Of a stretch of 64,000 bases of DNA, positions 6,958-16,460 are shown in pieces (position 1 is the first letter of the stretch; every line of letters begins with the position of its first letter). A model generated the notes under the pieces. That model did not search any database. It was given only the letters and a program-made list of their open reading frames with translations, and had not been told where the DNA came from. Source of the DNA: an uncultured Bifidobacterium sp. (lineage in GTDB: Bacteria > Actinomycetota > Acidimicrobiia > Acidimicrobiales > Ilumatobacteraceae); assembly GCA_964614655.1 (NCBI GenBank), contig CAZTPF010000007.1:17819-81818 (forward strand), given 5' to 3'. Made by a program: the position numbers and the translations under genes.

Positions 6958-7171
6958 CTGTTTCCTTTCCCGTGCTCTATGAGGTCGTGAGTTGAGTTCT
7001 GACGCTGATGGATGATCTGTTCAACACGAGCCTGCTGCCCGTCCGGGCAAGCGGGTTCGTGTCATCGACTGTGACGGCACAAACCGACGTCGATCTCAGT
7101 CTCGATCCGCCGAGCCACAGTCGGTGAATCGCCCCCGTTCTCACGTCTTTCCCTCCGTCGTCCTCATGAAC

Positions 7172-7200
7172 GTACTCGTCGATCCGAGAGCGACGAGTAC
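7172..7200. promoter_or_regulatory. Perfect 10-bp inverted repeat (GTACTCGTCG-N9-CGACGAGTAC) in the CIS/phoH divergent intergenic region; candidate operator or 5' UTR hairpin
   Basis: Arms at 7172-7181 and 7191-7200 are exact reverse complements. The repeat ends about 20 nt upstream of the AGGAGGA-preceded ATG at 7220. Confidence 0.3.
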
Positions 7201-7219
7201 GGATGTCAGGAGGACAAAC

Positions 7220-8323
7220 ATGACAGTAGACGACCTCCTGCACAGACGCAAGATGTCTCGTTCAATTCGCGTGTCGGAGCGCTCGGGGTACGGGTTGGGT
7301 GGGTCGGCTCGAGCCTCGGCTAACCTCACCGCATGGGCCGCCGCCCCCGACGCACGCATGACGCCTCCAAGTAGTCCTTCCACCGTGGTCGTCCCCGGCC
7401 CGCATCTGATGCCGGCGCTCCTGGGGTCTCGAGACGCTCATCTACGGGCCATCGAGGGGGCTTTTCCCGACACCGACATCTCGGTTCGCGGGAACGAAGT
7501 TCGCATCACGGGGCCCGAGTCGGGGCGGGTCGCTCGCCTGTTCGAGGAGCTGGTCCTGGTCCTTCAGCGAGGTGAACCTCTCGACACCACTGTCGTCGGT
7601 CGAAGCATCTCGATGGTGAACGCCGACGAGCGTCCGAGCGCAGTGCTGACCGACGACATTCTCCGTGGCGCCAAGGGGAGATCGATCAGGCCGAAGACCG
7701 CCGGCCAGAAGAAGTACATCGACGCCATCCGCGACAACGTGATCACCTTCGGAATCGGACCGGCGGGAACGGGAAAGAGTTGGCTCGCCGTGGCGATGGC
7801 GGTTCATGCGTTGCAGAGCCGCTCGGTCCAGCGGATCATCCTCACACGCCCGGCGGTCGAAGCCGGAGAGCGTCTCGGGTTCCTTCCGGGTGACCTGATG
7901 GCCAAGATCGATCCGTACCTCCGCCCTCTCTACGACGCCCTGTACGACATGCTCGACGTCGAAGCGGTGCAGAAGCTTCTCGAAAAGCAGACCGTCGAAG
8001 TGGCTCCACTCGCCTTCATGCGCGGTCGCACGCTCAACAACAGTTTCATCATTCTCGACGAGGCGCAGAACACGACTCCCGAGCAGATGAAGATGTTCTT
8101 GACCCGAATCGGATTTGGATCGCGCGTGGTCGTCACCGGCGACACCACGCAGATCGACGTGCCCGGTGGTCGCAGCGGATTGGTCGGGCTCGAGACGATG
8201 CTCGCCGGTATCGACGGTCTCGCGTTCGTCCGACTCGGTTCCGGCGACGTCGTTCGGCACCGCATCGTCGCCGAGATCGTCGAGGCGTACGAGAGAAGTT
8301 CGTCGACGAAGGGAAATGCGTGA
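7220..8323 (+). CDS. phoH: PhoH-like ATPase
   Basis: Walker A GPAGTGKSWLAVAMAV, and ..ILTRPAVEAGERLGFLPGD..KIDPYLRPLYDAL..IILDEAQNTT. The start is uncertain: ATG 7220 has an AGGAGGA SD, ATG 7358 is an alternative, and the tracked ORF begins at 7124. Confidence 0.9.
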   Translation: MTVDDLLHRRKMSRSIRVSERSGYGLGGSARASANLTAWAAAPDARMTPPSSPSTVVVPGPHLMPALLGSRDAHLRAIEGAFPDTDISVRGNEVRITGPESGRVARLFEELVLVLQRGEPLDTTVVGRSISMVNADERPSAVLTDDILRGAKGRSIRPKTAGQKKYIDAIRDNVITFGIGPAGTGKSWLAVAMAVHALQSRSVQRIILTRPAVEAGERLGFLPGDLMAKIDPYLRPLYDALYDMLDVEAVQKLLEKQTVEVAPLAFMRGRTLNNSFIILDEAQNTTPEQMKMFLTRIGFGSRVVVTGDTTQIDVPGGRSGLVGLETMLAGIDGLAFVRLGSGDVVRHRIVAEIVEAYERSSSTKGNA

Positions 8324-8928
8324 CCGCTGGTCCTCCACGGTTGCGTCGTCGCCCCCGCGTGGGTGGTGACGGTGCGCCCGAAGTGTTCTGTGCCGACGAA
8401 CAGACGCTCGTCGCCGTCGATCTCGAACGCTGGCAGACGTTGGCCCGGCACGTCCTCGAAGCAGAAGGGGTCCGTGGTGCCTGCGAACTCAGCGTGTTCT
8501 TCGTGTCGGTCGACGACATGACCGACCTCAACGTCACGCACATGTCGGGCTCAGGCCCCACCGACGTTCTGTCGTTCCCGATCGACGGAGGAGCGGTCGT
8601 CGACGTCGACGCCGGTGCGAGCCGCGGCCCGGATCGTCCCGAATCCGACCCGTCCGACCTGCCGCTTCTTCTGGGCGACGTCGTGATCTGTCCCGAAGTG
8701 GCCGAGACACAAGCTCCCACGCACGCCGGATCGCTCGACGACGAGATGGCACTGCTCGTCGTTCACGGTGTGCTGCACGTGCTCGGATGGGATCACTCCG
8801 ACGATGACGAGCGCGAGGCGATGTGGCGTCGCCAGCGGGAGTTGCTCGAGGCTCACCATTGGCAGGGCCCAGCTCCCGACTCGTTTCGAGCCGACATGAA
8901 CGACGGGGCGGAGGAAGACGGTCGATGA
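8320..8928 (+). CDS. ybeY: rRNA maturation endoribonuclease YbeY
   Basis: Zinc motif HGVLHVLGWDH and upstream TDVLSFP. The GTG start overlaps the phoH stop (GTGA). Conserved phoH-ybeY order. Confidence 0.9.
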   Translation: MTAGPPRLRRRPRVGGDGAPEVFCADEQTLVAVDLERWQTLARHVLEAEGVRGACELSVFFVSVDDMTDLNVTHMSGSGPTDVLSFPIDGGAVVDVDAGASRGPDRPESDPSDLPLLLGDVVICPEVAETQAPTHAGSLDDEMALLVVHGVLHVLGWDHSDDDEREAMWRRQRELLEAHHWQGPAPDSFRADMNDGAEEDGR

Positions 8929-10244
8929 GTTCGGTCACCATTCTCGGAGCGTTCACCGGCCTCGACTGGGGGCTGCTCGCCGTCATTTTGATCCTTCTCG
9001 TCTTCCTGATCTTTCTCGCCGTCGCCGAGATGGGGTTGTCGCGAATGACCAAGCCCAAGGCGGCGGCGCTGGCCGAGCGTCGGCCGAAGCAAGGCAAGGC
9101 GCTCGTCGAACTGATCGACGAGCCCGAGAAGTGGATCAATCCTCTTCTCCTCACGGTCAACGTCAGCCAGACGGTGCAGGCGACCCTCACCGGTGTGGTG
9201 ACGGCCCGAGCGTTCGGTCCCGTGGGCATCGCGGTCGGTGTCACGTTGAACGTGCTGGTTTTCTTCGTTCTCGCCGAAGCGGTTCCGAAGACCTACGCCG
9301 TCATCCACTCCGAGAGGGCTGCCCTTCTGTCGGCCCGAGGCATCCGCGGTCTCGTCGCCTTTCCTCCGCTGAAGCTGGTCTCACGCGCTCTCATCAAGCT
9401 CACCAATGTGATCGTGAAAGGCAAAGGCCTCGAGGACGGCCCGTTCGTGAAGGAGCAGGAGTTCCTCGGTGTGGTCGAAGTCGCAGCTCAAGAGGAAGTC
9501 ATCGAGAAGCACGAGCGTGAGCTCATCGAGTCCGTGATCGAGTTCGGAGACACCGTCGCTCGAGAGATCATGGTCCCACAGCCCGACATGATCACCGTTG
9601 CGGTGTCGTCCACCGTCGACGAGGTGATCGGTGTCAGCATCGCCCACGGTTTCTCCCGGATGCCGGTGATCAACGACGACGACGACGTCGTCGGAGTCGC
9701 CTTCATGAAGGATCTCGTCCGTCTCGAACGCCTCGGACGCGGCGCCGAACTCGTGACGGCGCACATGCGCGACGTCGTCGTGGTACCCGAGAACAAGCCG
9801 GTCGCAAAGTTGATGCGCGAGATGCAGACGAACAAGTTCCATCTGGCGGTTGTCGCCGACGAGTACGGATCGATCACCGGCATGATCACCCTCGAGGACT
9901 GTCTCGAAGAACTCGTCGGCGAGATCGTCGACGAGTACGACCGTGAGGAAACCGAGATCAGCCAGCTGCCCAACGGCGACTTGTTGGTTCTCGGCTCGAC
10001 GAGCGTGTCGGACGTGAACGAGAAGTTGTCGACCCACATCCCCGACGAGGAGTGGGACTCCATCGGAGGATTCGTGTTCGGCACCCTCGAACACGTGCCC
10101 TCGGTCGGTGAGTTCGTCGATTTCGAGGGCTGGAGATTCCGAGTGGCCGAGTTGAAGGGTCGCCGGATCCAGAAGGTCCGCGTCACCCTCATCGAAGTCC
10201 CGTCCGACCAGCCGACGGAGGATGAGTCGACAGCGACCAACTAG
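8925..10244 (+). CDS. Hemolysin-family / CNNM-type membrane protein (DUF21 + CBS pair + CorC_HlyC)
   Basis: ATG 8925 overlaps the ybeY stop (ATGA). TM N-terminus is LLAVILILLVFLIFLAVAEMGLSR. CBS region is REIMVPQPDM..., and the C-terminus is TLEDCLEELVGEIVDEYD...GWRFRVAELKGRRIQKVRV. Confidence 0.88.
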   Translation: MSSVTILGAFTGLDWGLLAVILILLVFLIFLAVAEMGLSRMTKPKAAALAERRPKQGKALVELIDEPEKWINPLLLTVNVSQTVQATLTGVVTARAFGPVGIAVGVTLNVLVFFVLAEAVPKTYAVIHSERAALLSARGIRGLVAFPPLKLVSRALIKLTNVIVKGKGLEDGPFVKEQEFLGVVEVAAQEEVIEKHERELIESVIEFGDTVAREIMVPQPDMITVAVSSTVDEVIGVSIAHGFSRMPVINDDDDVVGVAFMKDLVRLERLGRGAELVTAHMRDVVVVPENKPVAKLMREMQTNKFHLAVVADEYGSITGMITLEDCLEELVGEIVDEYDREETEISQLPNGDLLVLGSTSVSDVNEKLSTHIPDEEWDSIGGFVFGTLEHVPSVGEFVDFEGWRFRVAELKGRRIQKVRVTLIEVPSDQPTEDESTATN

Positions 10245-10253
10245 GTTCGCCCC

Positions 10254-10991
10254 ATGGACATTCGACTCGACGGCAAAGTCGCCCTGGTGACCGGGGCATC
10301 GCGGGGAATCGGCCGAGCCATGGCCAAGACGATGGCCGAATCGGGAGCGAGCGTGATGATGGTCTCACGCAAGATCGACGAATCGTCGCTCGAGGGCATC
10401 GACGGCGAAGTCTCGATCCATCCTGCCAACACCGGTGACGTCGAGGCCGGTCGCCGTTGTGTCGAGGTGACGCTCGAGAAGTACGGGCGGATCGACGTTC
10501 TGGTGAACAACGCCGCCACGAACCCTTATTTCGGAGACACCCTCGGCGTCGACGAGGCTCGCTACGACAAGACCTTCCAAGTGAATCTTCGCGGACCGAT
10601 CTTTTGGACGGCCGCCGTGTGGGACGCGTGGATGAAGGACAATCCCGGAGTCGTTCTGAACGTGGCGTCGGTCGGAGGTATTCGCTCCGAGACCGGTCTC
10701 GGTGTCTACAACCTCACCAAAGCCGCCCTCATCCATCTGACCCGTCAGCTGGGCGGGGAACTCGGTCCGACTCGAGTGGTCGGAATCGCGCCGGGCTTGG
10801 TCACCACCGACTTCGCCGCCTTCCTCGTCGACAATTTCGGTGATCGGCTGGCGGCGGCGCTTCCGACGAAGAGGTTGGGCGATCCACAGGACATCGCGAA
10901 TCTGGCCACTTTCCTCGTGTCGGACGCCGCCAGCTGGATCACTGGCGAGACCTACGTGATCGACGGCGGTGCCGGAACCCGTTCCAGTTGA
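10254..10991 (+). CDS. SDR family oxidoreductase
   Basis: GKVALVTGASRGIGRA Rossmann motif, NNAA, and the Y-x-x-x-K motif YNLTKAAL. Confidence 0.85.
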   Translation: MDIRLDGKVALVTGASRGIGRAMAKTMAESGASVMMVSRKIDESSLEGIDGEVSIHPANTGDVEAGRRCVEVTLEKYGRIDVLVNNAATNPYFGDTLGVDEARYDKTFQVNLRGPIFWTAAVWDAWMKDNPGVVLNVASVGGIRSETGLGVYNLTKAALIHLTRQLGGELGPTRVVGIAPGLVTTDFAAFLVDNFGDRLAAALPTKRLGDPQDIANLATFLVSDAASWITGETYVIDGGAGTRSS

Positions 10992-11054
10992 CGGAGTTCG
11001 TCGGCGAGTCGACGTCCGGCGATGCCGAGGGCGACCGCCGTTGCGGCGAATCGT

Positions 11055-11852
11055 TCACTCGGAGAAGTTCTGGAAGATACGAGGAAGGTCGGGATACCGG
11101 CCGGTGTTGCCGCCGCCGTCGATCGAGAGGAACGACGCGCTCATGAACGTCGAGTCGTCGGACGCGAGGAAGAGGGCGAGTTCGGCGATCTCGGCCGGTT
11201 CGGCGAATCGATGGAGGGGAGCGTTCTCCACGAACTCGTCGACGACACCTGGAACGCCGAAGAAGCCTGCTGTGGCGTTGGTGCGGACGAGTCCGGGAGC
11301 GATGGTGTTGGCGCGGATGTTCCTTTCGCCGAGCTCCATGGCCGCCACACGAGTGAGCATGGCCACCCCGGCTTTGGCCGCACAGTAGGCGGCCATTCCC
11401 TTGGAGGGCTGAATGGCGTTGAGAGACGCAATGGTCAGAAGTGATCCGCCGTCGCGCATCGTTCTCGACGCATGCTTGACGGTGACGAAGACCCCGGTGA
11501 GGCACAGGTCGATGATGCGTTGCCATTCGTCGAGAGGATGATCGGCGAGGAGTCCGTACGTCCCGGCGCCGGCATTGGCGACGACCACGTCGACTCCGCC
11601 AAAGTGCGACGCGGCGACGGCGAAGAGGTTCTCGACGTCGGTCTCTCGGGTGACGTCACAGCGGGCAGTGACGAGGAAGCGATCGGATGCCAGCTGTTCC
11701 ATGGCCGCCAAGCCGCCTTCGTCGACGTCGCCGGCCACCACGCAAGCTCCCTCGGACAGGAATTTCTCGGTGATGGCGAGGCCGATACCCGACGCCGCGC
11801 CGGTGACGACTGCGACTTTTCCGGACAGGCGGTCGAAGGTTCGTGTTGTCAC
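11055..11852 (-). CDS. SDR family oxidoreductase
   Basis: GTG at 11850-11852 gives VTTRTFDRLSGKVAVVTGAASGIGLA..., NAG, and YCAAKAGV. The Arg-rich upstream part of tracked ORF 11055..12527 overlaps menE and is rejected. Confidence 0.82.
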   Translation of the reverse strand: MTTRTFDRLSGKVAVVTGAASGIGLAITEKFLSEGACVVAGDVDEGGLAAMEQLASDRFLVTARCDVTRETDVENLFAVAASHFGGVDVVVANAGAGTYGLLADHPLDEWQRIIDLCLTGVFVTVKHASRTMRDGGSLLTIASLNAIQPSKGMAAYCAAKAGVAMLTRVAAMELGERNIRANTIAPGLVRTNATAGFFGVPGVVDEFVENAPLHRFAEPAEIAELALFLASDDSTFMSASFLSIDGGGNTGRYPDLPRIFQNFSE

Positions 11853-11872
11853 GGGCCGACAGTAGCCCTTCG

Positions 11873-12997
11873 TCAGAGGTCGCGCAGTCGCTGCTCGACG
11901 AGTTCGCGAACCGCGCCTCGTCGGATCTTGCCGAGCGAAGTCGTCGGCATCTGCGACAGGTGAACGACGCGCTTCGGTGCGCAGAACGCCGGCAACTGGG
12001 ATCCGACTGCGTCCCGAAGGGCCGCGACGTCGAGATCGTGATCGGTGGTGGCGGCCACGACCATCTGCCCCCATTCTTCGTCGGTCACTCCCACGATGCA
12101 GACGATCGACTCGGGAAAGAATGTGGAGACGGCACGTTCGACGGCATCGGGCCAGACCTTCTCGCCGCCGGTCTTGATCATGTCGTCGAGTCGCCCGTCG
12201 ACGGACAGAACGCCGTCGACGAACGAGCCCACGTCGCCGGTGTGCAGCCATCCGTCGTCGTCGATCACAGTCGTTCCGTCGCGGTAAGTGCGCATGTTGG
12301 TGGGCGACTTGATCAGAATCTCGCCGTCGTCTCCGATTCGGATCTCGACGCCGTCGAGCGGAGATCCGTCGTAGACGACGCCGCTCCCGGTCTCGGTGAG
12401 CCCGTAGGTGGCGACGACGTGCGGCGGTCGATCGGCGGGCGGACGGGATCCTCCCAGAAGTACACAGCGAAAGATGTCGGGATCGATTCGTCGGAGCGCA
12501 GTCGGGACGAGAGACACGTGGGTGCATCCGGAGGCGGCGGCATCACGGACGACATCGGCGTCGAACTTCTCGACGACGGTCAGGTCGGCACCGGTGTCGA
12601 GGGCCTTGAAGATCACCGACAGCCCACCGACGTGAGAAAGAGGAAGGCAGGCGAGCCAGTGCGTGTCGGGTCCGGAGGGGAGTCGGCGACTCCCGAGGCG
12701 AGCCGAGGCACGAACGGCGTCGCGAGTGAGGACGACTCCTTTGGGTGTTCCTGTGCTCCCGCTGGTCGCCACGACGAGGGCGTCACCGTCCTCCACGTCG
12801 AGTCCGCCGTCGAGTGCGATCTCGCCATCAGTCGTACGGACGAACGAAGCGCCGAGCGTGAAGGCGACCCGCCGTCGCTCGTCGATTCCGAGTCGCTGAT
12901 CGAGGGGCAAGATCGCGTCGCCGCGGTCCAGGACGTTCGTCAGGTGATCGACGAACGACGGACCGGCGGGCAGATCGAGCGCGACGAGTCGAGGCAC
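11873..12997 (-). CDS. menE: o-succinylbenzoate--CoA ligase (AMP-binding enzyme)
   Basis: AMP motif TSGSTGTPKGVVLT, ..YGLTETGSG.., and GWLHTGDVG. The short ~374-aa form and the menaquinone gene neighbourhood support MenE. Confidence 0.7.
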   Translation of the reverse strand: MPRLVALDLPAGPSFVDHLTNVLDRGDAILPLDQRLGIDERRRVAFTLGASFVRTTDGEIALDGGLDVEDGDALVVATSGSTGTPKGVVLTRDAVRASARLGSRRLPSGPDTHWLACLPLSHVGGLSVIFKALDTGADLTVVEKFDADVVRDAAASGCTHVSLVPTALRRIDPDIFRCVLLGGSRPPADRPPHVVATYGLTETGSGVVYDGSPLDGVEIRIGDDGEILIKSPTNMRTYRDGTTVIDDDGWLHTGDVGSFVDGVLSVDGRLDDMIKTGGEKVWPDAVERAVSTFFPESIVCIVGVTDEEWGQMVVAATTDHDLDVAALRDAVGSQLPAFCAPKRVVHLSQMPTTSLGKIRRGAVRELVEQRLRDL

Positions 12998-13024
12998 CCG
13001 ATCAGGCTAGGTCGCGTCACTTCG

Positions 13025-14431
13025 TCACCAGGTCGGATCGATGGGAGTCGCGAGGCCGAGCGCCTGGTCGACGGCCGACGCCACGTCGAGGCAGATCAGA
13101 TCGTCGTATCGCCAACCTGACACCTGGACCCCGACGGGCAGGCCGTCGGCGATTCCGGCGGGGACGACGGCGGCCGGCGATCCGAAGAGATTGGCCGCCA
13201 TGACGGGGCGGAAGGTCTCGAACACGACCTCGGCCGAGGCGGCGTCGAGGAGGTCGAATCCGTGAGGGAAGGCCGGCAAGGCCCAGGTTGGCGAGAGAAG
13301 AACGTCGAAGTCGGCGAACCACTCGGACCACTCGCGTGCGAGCTCGTGTCGCTGGGCGTGGAGAAACGTGATGGCGGTCTGATCGAGTCGAGGAAACTTC
13401 TCGCGTCCGAATTCGAGGAAGCGCCGGGCGTCGTCACCGAGGACGCCGTCGAGGAGCGGCTGCATCACGGAGAGTTCCGCATTGAGGGTGGCCGACCACA
13501 TCTCGATGGCCGACTCGAAACGCGGAGGAAGCGCTTCCACCACGTCGTGTCCGAGCGACGACAGCACGTCGGCAGCCGATCGCACGACGGACGCGATTCC
13601 CGGGTCGGTCCGGCCACCGGGAACGTCGGCCATCACTGCTACACGCCAGGGGCGGTCCTCGGGTGCTCGGCTCAGGTGGGCGGGTGTCGAATAGGGATCG
13701 CGGGAGTGCGCGCCCCGGATGGCATCGAATCCGATGCGGACGTCGTCGATACGTCGAGCCATGACCCCGTCGACAAGCATGAGTTGCGAGGCCAAGCCGA
13801 GCGACGTGGGCGGAATCTCGGTGGCCCATGGAACGATGCCTTGCGTCGGCTTGATCGACGCGACTCCGCAGCAGTGCGCAGGGTTGCGCAAGGACCCCCC
13901 GATGTCGTTACCGAGTCCGATCGGAGACATTCCGGATGCGAGGGCGGCCGCCTCACCCCCGCTCGAACCACCGGCGGTTCGGTCGTGGTGCCACGGATTG
14001 CGAGTGAGCCCGTGCAACGACGAATCGGTGTGGACGCGCAATCCCATGTCGGGGAGGTTGGTGCGTCCGATCGGAATCGCGCCGGCCCGTCTCATGCGCT
14101 CGACGATCGGGGCATCGGATGAACTGATCGCTTGAGCGAGAGCTGGCACCGCGTTCGTCGTCGGAGTGCCGGCCAGATCGATGTTCTCCTTGACGGTGCA
14201 GGGAACGCCGTGCAACGGACCGATAGGTTCGCCCGCTCGTCGCATTGCGTCGGCGCGATCGGCATCGGCTCGCGCTCGGTCGTCGAAACGATGAACGATC
14301 GCGTTCAATCGCGGATTGACGTCGTCGACACGCGAAAGGTGCGCGTCGACGACCTCGCGACTCGACACCTCGCCACTTGCGATCAAACGGGCGAGTTCTC
14401 GCGCCGACTGGCGCCACAATTCGTCGGACAC
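13025..14431 (-). CDS. Amidase (amidase-signature family)
   Basis: GGSSGGEAAALASG signature and GNDIGGSLRNPA; 468 aa. Confidence 0.88.
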   Translation of the reverse strand: MSDELWRQSARELARLIASGEVSSREVVDAHLSRVDDVNPRLNAIVHRFDDRARADADRADAMRRAGEPIGPLHGVPCTVKENIDLAGTPTTNAVPALAQAISSSDAPIVERMRRAGAIPIGRTNLPDMGLRVHTDSSLHGLTRNPWHHDRTAGGSSGGEAAALASGMSPIGLGNDIGGSLRNPAHCCGVASIKPTQGIVPWATEIPPTSLGLASQLMLVDGVMARRIDDVRIGFDAIRGAHSRDPYSTPAHLSRAPEDRPWRVAVMADVPGGRTDPGIASVVRSAADVLSSLGHDVVEALPPRFESAIEMWSATLNAELSVMQPLLDGVLGDDARRFLEFGREKFPRLDQTAITFLHAQRHELAREWSEWFADFDVLLSPTWALPAFPHGFDLLDAASAEVVFETFRPVMAANLFGSPAAVVPAGIADGLPVGVQVSGWRYDDLICLDVASAVDQALGLATPIDPTW

Positions 14432-14488
14432 GATGGCGACAGTATCCCGTCCTCATCGGTACTCTGGCCGGGTGGTTCGGGGTCTTGA

Positions 14489-15352
14489 GTGAATCGCTGG
14501 ATCGTCGGGTCCCGGCCCCGCACTCTTCCGGCAGCCATCGTGCCGGTCGCCTTGGGTGCAGTCGTCGCCGTTGGCGAGGGTGGTGCCGTCTGGACGTCCG
14601 TGCCGTTGGCGGCGGTCGTCGCTTTGGCCCTGCAAGTGGGCGTCAACTACGCCAACGACTACAGCGACGGGGTTCGCGGTACCGACGACGAGCGGGTCGG
14701 GCCGGTTCGTCTCGTGGCATCAGGTCTGGCGACAGCTCGTGCGGTGAAGGTGGCCGCCATCGGGTCGTTCGGCGTGGCGGCGGCGGTCGGTCTGGTGCTC
14801 GCCGCCATGACGACGTGGTGGCTGCTCGTCATCGGCGCGGCCTGCATTCTGGCCGGTTGGTTCTACACGGGCGGCCCGCGCCCTTACGGCTACGCCGGGT
14901 TCGGTGAGGTCTTCGTTTTCGTCTTCTTCGGATTGGTGGCCACCGCCGGTACCACGTACGTCGTGCTCGAGCGCCTGCCGGCTGCATCGTGGTGGCTCGG
15001 AACGTCGACCGGCGCTCTGTCGTGCGCGTTGCTCGTCACGAACAACCTTCGCGACGTGCCGACTGATCGTCTCGTCGGCAAGAACACGTTGGCCGTTCGT
15101 CTGGGCGTCGAGCGAACACGCATTCTCTACGTCGCTTTGATCGCGGTGTCGTTCGTCACCTTGATCGTGGCGGGCGTCGATCGTCCCGAGTTCCTCGTCG
15201 GTCTGCTGGCTGTCCCGCTCGCCGTGCGTCCGGTGCGCGACGTTCTCGCTGGCGCGAGCGACCGGGAACTCGTCCCGATCCTCGGCGGAACGGGCCGAAT
15301 CCAGTTGGTCGTCGGAGTGCTCGTGGTGGCATCGACGATCGTGTTGGGTTAG
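14489..15352 (+). CDS. menA: 1,4-dihydroxy-2-naphthoate polyprenyltransferase (UbiA family)
   Basis: N-terminus SRPRTLPAAIVPV, the Asp-rich motif NDYSDGVRGTD, a second motif NNLRDVPTDR, and multiple TM helices. Confidence 0.85.
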   Translation: MNRWIVGSRPRTLPAAIVPVALGAVVAVGEGGAVWTSVPLAAVVALALQVGVNYANDYSDGVRGTDDERVGPVRLVASGLATARAVKVAAIGSFGVAAAVGLVLAAMTTWWLLVIGAACILAGWFYTGGPRPYGYAGFGEVFVFVFFGLVATAGTTYVVLERLPAASWWLGTSTGALSCALLVTNNLRDVPTDRLVGKNTLAVRLGVERTRILYVALIAVSFVTLIVAGVDRPEFLVGLLAVPLAVRPVRDVLAGASDRELVPILGGTGRIQLVVGVLVVASTIVLG

Positions 15353-15361
15353 TTTCGACCG

Positions 15362-15631
15362 ATGGCGTCCTTACCCCCTCCGCCTCCCGCCGGTGACCGC
15401 TCCGGAACTCCCCGCACCGATGCTCGTGCGGTCGCCGCTCTCGTCTGCGGCATTCTCGGTCTTTTGATTCTCGGTCTGGTGTTCGGCGCCGTGGCCGTGA
15501 TCCTCGGTCGCCGTTCTCGTCGCGAGATCATGGAGCAGCCGGCCGTCCTGAAGGGTCTCGGTCTCGCCACGGCGGGCATGGTGCTCGGCGTGATCGACAT
15601 GGCGGCTTACATCTTCATCGTCTTCGCCTGA
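15362..15631 (+). CDS. DUF4190-like small membrane protein
   Basis: Pro-rich N-terminus, then two hydrophobic helices ALVCGILGLLILGLVFGAVAVILG and LGLATAGMVLGVIDMAAYIFIVF. Confidence 0.6.
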   Translation: MASLPPPPPAGDRSGTPRTDARAVAALVCGILGLLILGLVFGAVAVILGRRSRREIMEQPAVLKGLGLATAGMVLGVIDMAAYIFIVFA

Positions 15632-15641
15632 GCGCGATCAC

Positions 15642-16460
15642 CTAGCTTGCCGTTCGACTGCTCTCGACGATCGTGGCCATGGTGATCGGATCCTCGAGGT
15701 GCACGGCGTGCCCGCGACCCGGTACGTCGACTCGTCGAACCTGACCGCCGAACAGTTCGGCCATGCGGTCGGCGATCGTCGAGAACTTAAGGTCGTCGCG
15801 ACCGGTCACCAATGTCGTCGGGCAGTCGATGTCTCCGAGTCGCGACCAGAGAGAATCCTGAACGCCGGTTCCGGCCGATCGCAGAGAGTGGGCCAGACCC
15901 GAGGGCGTGTTCCGACGACGATCGTCGAGATTTTGCCGGTCGGTCGGAAGCGAGGCGAAGAGCGGTTGGCTCAACCACTCGCTCAGGAAGGCGTCGAGAT
16001 CCATGGTTTCGAGCCGTTCGGCGAGCTCGTCGTCCCGTCGTCGACGCTCAGCGCGCTCGGACGCATCGTCGAGACCAGGTGACGCCCCGACGAGGACGAG
16101 AGCGAGTGCTGCGTCGGGGTGGTGGACGGCGATGTGCAGAGCCGTGCGCCCTCCCATGGAGTAGCCGACGTAGACGGCGGGTGGCAGGTGGGTGGCGAGG
16201 GCGTCGGCATAGTCGGCGATTCCGATACGACACCCCGACGATGCGCCGTGGCCCGGCGCGTCCGGCAGGTAGATCTCGGCGTCGGGGTCGAGGTGGGTGA
16301 CGACCGGATCCCAGGAGCGACCGGTCTGGGTGAACCCGTGCAACAGGACGATCGGTGGACGTCGACCCGCCCGTCGGTGGACGTGCAATTCGCCGTCCTC
16401 GTCGATGGCGAGTTCCGACCAGACGGGATCCACGGAACCTCGATCGTCACTCGGCCGCAC
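15642..16460 (-). CDS. menH: Alpha/beta hydrolase, likely SHCHC synthase
   Basis: LLHGFTQTGRSW and the nucleophile elbow GYSMGG. It lies between menA and menD. The functional assignment rests on context. Confidence 0.62.
   Translation of the reverse strand: MRPSDDRGSVDPVWSELAIDEDGELHVHRRAGRRPPIVLLHGFTQTGRSWDPVVTHLDPDAEIYLPDAPGHGASSGCRIGIADYADALATHLPPAVYVGYSMGGRTALHIAVHHPDAALALVLVGASPGLDDASERAERRRRDDELAERLETMDLDAFLSEWLSQPLFASLPTDRQNLDDRRRNTPSGLAHSLRSAGTGVQDSLWSRLGDIDCPTTLVTGRDDLKFSTIADRMAELFGGQVRRVDVPGRGHAVHLEDPITMATIVESSRTAS

Noticed and set aside
6977-7243. 88-aa minus-strand ORF in the CIS/phoH intergenic region
   Set aside because: Third-position GC is poor, there is no SD, and the sequence is Arg/Ser-rich with no recognisable features. 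It overlaps the palindromes and the likely phoH start.
11853-12527. Upstream 225 codons of tracked ORF 11055..12527
   Set aside because: The translation is Arg-rich nonsense that overlaps menE out of frame. The SDR domain begins at GTG 11852.
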